Below, piece by piece: positions 61,384 to 64,000 of a stretch of 64,000 nucleotides of DNA. A program made the position numbers and the translations under genes. The notes under the pieces are model-generated. The model was not told where the DNA came from and searched no databases. It was given only the letters and a program-made list of their open reading frames with translations. Each line of letters opens with the position of its first letter. Positions within the stretch are counted from its first letter, which is position 1. Source of the DNA: Leptospirillia bacterium (GTDB lineage Bacteria; Nitrospirota; JACRHL01); assembly GCA_046754085.1 (NCBI GenBank), contig JBHHVE010000010.1:20863-84862 (forward strand). The letters are read 5' to 3'.

Positions 61384-62091
61384 TCAGATACCCAGCACCT
61401 CTTCGAAAATCTCGATGTCGGCGGCGTTGCGCAACTGTGAGGCGTAGGCCTCCACGGTCTGTGCCTGCTTGCGGGAGAGCAGCCCTTCCCGCCGGGAGGC
61501 GATGCGCTCCGCACGTTCCGCCTCCGGGAGTTGGGCGTCTTCCTGGGCAAACGCCATCAGGTCCACATTGGTGATGGCCGCACCGGCTGCAATGATGCTT
61601 TTGGCTTTAGCCACCAGCAGATCGTTCCGCACATCCTGCTCGAAGGTCTCCGGCGTCTGTTTGATCCGCAACAGGGTGCGCTTGTAATGGGCGCTGTTGA
61701 AGCGGCCATTGACATGAAAGGCATCGATCGCCAGCACCTCCTCCTTGACCTCATCGTTCGATACGGAGAGCCCCATGGTCTCCGCTTCCTTGAGCCAAAG
61801 CAGGCGGTCGATCATGCTGTACAGCACCGTGGTTCGCAGATTCAGTTCCCGGGCCATTTTGATGTCGAAGTCGGGAATCGCCCCTTCGTACTGCCGGTAG
61901 CGCTTCTCGTAGGCGTTGTTGAATTCGACCGCGAGAATGGCCTGGTCGCCCACCTTGGCGGCATAGGTTCCGGATGAGTTGCCCAATCCACCGATGCTCA
62001 TGGAGCCGACGAATGCGATTGACACGAACCCGAAAACAATTCCGTAGACCCAGCGCTTCTCGACCCCGAATTTGCGGATTGCCTCGAGCAT
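61384..62091 (-). CDS. SurA N-terminal domain-containing periplasmic chaperone (PpiD-like, lacking a PPIase domain)
   Basis: Trimmed to MLEAIRKFGVEKRWVYGIVFGFVSIAFVG (TM anchor) at 62091. …AAKVGDQAILAVEFNNAYEKRYRQ… aligns with the PpiD N-terminal/SurA_N region. Only 235 aa. Confidence 0.7.
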   Translation of the reverse strand: MLEAIRKFGVEKRWVYGIVFGFVSIAFVGSMSIGGLGNSSGTYAAKVGDQAILAVEFNNAYEKRYRQYEGAIPDFDIKMARELNLRTTVLYSMIDRLLWLKEAETMGLSVSNDEVKEEVLAIDAFHVNGRFNSAHYKRTLLRIKQTPETFEQDVRNDLLVAKAKSIIAAGAAITNVDLMAFAQEDAQLPEAERAERIASRREGLLSRKQAQTVEAYASQLRNAADIEIFEEVLGI

Positions 62092-62415
62092 TTGCCTCCT
62101 CTTGATGCTGGCGGGACAGGGGTGACCCGGTACGGGCCGTTGCGTCCGATTCACGCCAGATTCTATCGGCTTGTCCCGCCCGGGATCAATCGTATGTTGC
62201 ATTGCCTGTGAACCCGGACGGAAAATTTCGTCCCCGGCGGGGTTGACGCCCGCCGGGGAGTGGTTAAATAACCGGTTGCAAGGCATTGCATGAGCCCGTC
62301 CGGTGGGTTGTGTCGCGCAAGCGACCCCCCTGAACCTTCGGGACCGTGGGTGTGCTTAGACCCGGCGGATCGGGTTGATTTTTTGATTTTTTTGATCGGG
62401 AGTTTGGCAGCGCAT

Positions 62416-62964
62416 ATGGAGAGCTCATCCACCCAGAACGGGACGCCGGAGGCGGAAGAAACCGAAGCCGTGGAGACAGTGGCGGACGCGGAAACCACGG
62501 AAGAGTCCGAACCCGATCCGGCCGAGTTGCTGCACCAGGCGACAGACCGCTACCAGAGGCTCTATGCCGAGTTTGAGAACTATAAAAAACGCACCGTCCG
62601 CGAAAACGAGGAGTTTCGCAAATACGCCAACGAGTCCCTGCTTCGGGAACTGCTCACGGTGCTGGACAACCTGGACCATGCCATTGCCCACACCCGTGAT
62701 GCGGAATCGGGCGACACCGAGAAGCTGCTCGAGGGGGTGGAGATGATCCAGCGGCAGTTTATCGAGGCGCTGGGCAAGTTCAACGTGACGGAGATTGCGG
62801 CCCAGGGTGAGCCGTTCGATCCGTCGGTGCATCAGGCGGTCTCCCAGGTGGAGACCGACGAGCACCCGGAAGGGTCGGTGGCGGAAACCTTTAGAAAGGG
62901 CTACCGCTACAACGAGCGGGTGTTGCGTCCCGCCATGGTGGTGGTTGCCAAACGCCCGGCCTGA
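62416..62964 (+). CDS. grpE: Nucleotide exchange factor GrpE
   Basis: Acidic N-terminus then …RLYAEFENYKKRTVRE…, the GrpE signature. Directly upstream of dnaK. Confidence 0.9.
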   Translation: MESSSTQNGTPEAEETEAVETVADAETTEESEPDPAELLHQATDRYQRLYAEFENYKKRTVRENEEFRKYANESLLRELLTVLDNLDHAIAHTRDAESGDTEKLLEGVEMIQRQFIEALGKFNVTEIAAQGEPFDPSVHQAVSQVETDEHPEGSVAETFRKGYRYNERVLRPAMVVVAKRPA

Positions 62965-63019
62965 CCGGTTTCGGGCGATACGATTTTTGAAATAGATACG
63001 TTTGAGGAGTGAGGATGAT

Positions 63020-64000
63020 ATGAGCAAGGTAATTGGTATCGATCTGGGCACCACCAACTCGTGTGTGACCGTCATGGAGGGTGGCGAACCCAAGGTGTTG
63101 ACCAACTCCGAGGGAGCCCGAACCACGCCGAGTGTGGTGGCCATCAATGAGGAAGGTGAGCGCCTGGTGGGGCAGATTGCCAAGCGCCAGGCCGTTACCA
63201 ACCCGGAGAACACCATCTTCTCCGTCAAGCGCCTGATCGGTCGCGCCTACGACTCAGCCCAGGTCAAGGACGCCCAGACCAAGCTGCCCTACAAGATCGA
63301 GAAGGCGGCCAACGGCGACGCCCACGTCATCATTCGCGGCAAGACCTACAGCCCCCAGGAAGTCTCCGCCATGATCCTTCAGAAGATGAAGACCACCGCG
63401 GAGGAGTACCTGGGCGAGAAGGTCACCGATGCGGTCATCACCGTGCCTGCCTACTTCGACGATTCCGAGCGTCAGGCCACCAAGGACGCCGGCAAGATTG
63501 CCGGCCTCAACGTGCTGCGTATTATCAACGAGCCGACTGCTGCGGCCCTGGCCTACGGCCTGGATAAAAAGGCCGACGAGCACATCGCCGTATATGATCT
63601 GGGCGGTGGCACCTTCGACATCTCGATCCTCGAGATCGGCGACGGCGTGTTCGAGGTCAAGTCCACCAACGGCGACACCTACCTGGGTGGCGACGACTTC
63701 GACCTGCGGGTCATCGACTGGCTGGTGGAGGAGTTCAAGAAGGACCAGGGCATCGACCTGAAACAGGACAAGATGGCCCTCCAGCGTCTCAAGGAGTCGG
63801 CGGAGAAGGCCAAGATCGAACTGTCCTCCTCCCAGGAGACCGAGATCAACCTGCCCTTCATCACCGCCGATGCGTCAGGCCCCAAGCACATGCAGATCAA
63901 GCTCACCCGCGCCTGCTTCGAGCAGTTGGTGGACGACCTGATCGAGCGCACCATCGAGCCGTGCAAGAAAGCCCTGACCGATGCCGGGTTGTCCAGCGAT
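63020..64000 (+). CDS. dnaK: Molecular chaperone DnaK (Hsp70), N-terminal 327 aa; 3' end beyond window
   Basis: [22 protein letters not shown]…[12 protein letters not shown]…, Hsp70 signatures. GAGGAG Shine-Dalgarno 8 nt upstream. Confidence 0.97.
   Translation, partial: MSKVIGIDLGTTNSCVTVMEGGEPKVLTNSEGARTTPSVVAINEEGERLVGQIAKRQAVTNPENTIFSVKRLIGRAYDSAQVKDAQTKLPYKIEKAANGDAHVIIRGKTYSPQEVSAMILQKMKTTAEEYLGEKVTDAVITVPAYFDDSERQATKDAGKIAGLNVLRIINEPTAAALAYGLDKKADEHIAVYDLGGGTFDISILEIGDGVFEVKSTNGDTYLGGDDFDLRVIDWLVEEFKKDQGIDLKQDKMALQRLKESAEKAKIELSSSQETEINLPFITADASGPKHMQIKLTRACFEQLVDDLIERTIEPCKKALTDAGLSSD

Noticed and set aside
62092-62415. CIRCE/HrcA operator or hrcA gene upstream of grpE-dnaK
   Set aside because: No TTAGCACTC-N9-GAGTGCTAA element and no hrcA ORF in the 320-bp spacer. 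Only a weak TTGACG-N15/16-TTAAAT sigma-70-like match and a TGCAA-N4-TTGCA palindrome, which I could not tie to a known regulator.

Overview
The window is a 64-kb, high-GC (~65%) stretch of chromosomal core genome. Gene content (pilMNOPQ, multiheme cytochrome c, cdaA-cdaR-glmM, several sigma-54 activators, grpE-dnaK without hrcA/CIRCE) suggests a Desulfuromonadales/Geobacter-like deltaproteobacterium (Thermodesulfobacteriota); this is an inference.

From position 1 to about 40.4 kb nearly every gene is on the minus strand, and many are translationally coupled through ATGA/4-nt overlaps. In transcription order they are:
- a heme-biosynthesis block: hemX-like ccsA, hemA, hemC, fused cobA/hemD, hemB;
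- ribF, tilS, hpt, ftsH, folP;
- cdaA-cdaR-glmM with a coupled tetraheme cytochrome c;
- a hypothetical gene, comEC, an LpxL-like acyltransferase, mtnA, engB, lptF, lptG;
- a large TPR protein, a small Trm112-like ORF missed by the ORF track, pfk, an outer-membrane beta-barrel gene;
- uppS-cdsA-dxr, two small enzymes, lptC-lptA-lptB-rpoN-hpf-rapZ, ubiX;
- the type IV pilus assembly genes pilMNOPQ (pilQ runs off the window start).

After 40.6 kb the strands alternate:
- amt-glnK-mscS (+);
- two tandem sigma-54 enhancer-binding proteins (-), one with a degenerate receiver;
- ligA-rimO-eamA (+), nadC-valS (-);
- a five-gene minus-strand signalling module: sensor HK, NtrC-type RR, secreted coiled-coil protein, secreted TPR protein, then a REC protein with a repeated C-terminal motif;
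- a PpiD-like chaperone fragment (-) and grpE-dnaK (+, dnaK truncated by the window end).

I saw no tRNA, rRNA, CRISPR or mobile element.

Most plus-strand track ORFs in the first 40 kb, and many elsewhere, are antisense shadow ORFs typical of high-GC DNA and were not called. Around 34.7-35.9 kb the displayed line coordinates and the ORF-track coordinates disagree by 1-2 nt; track coordinates were used there, and features placed from the text alone may be off by about 3 nt.
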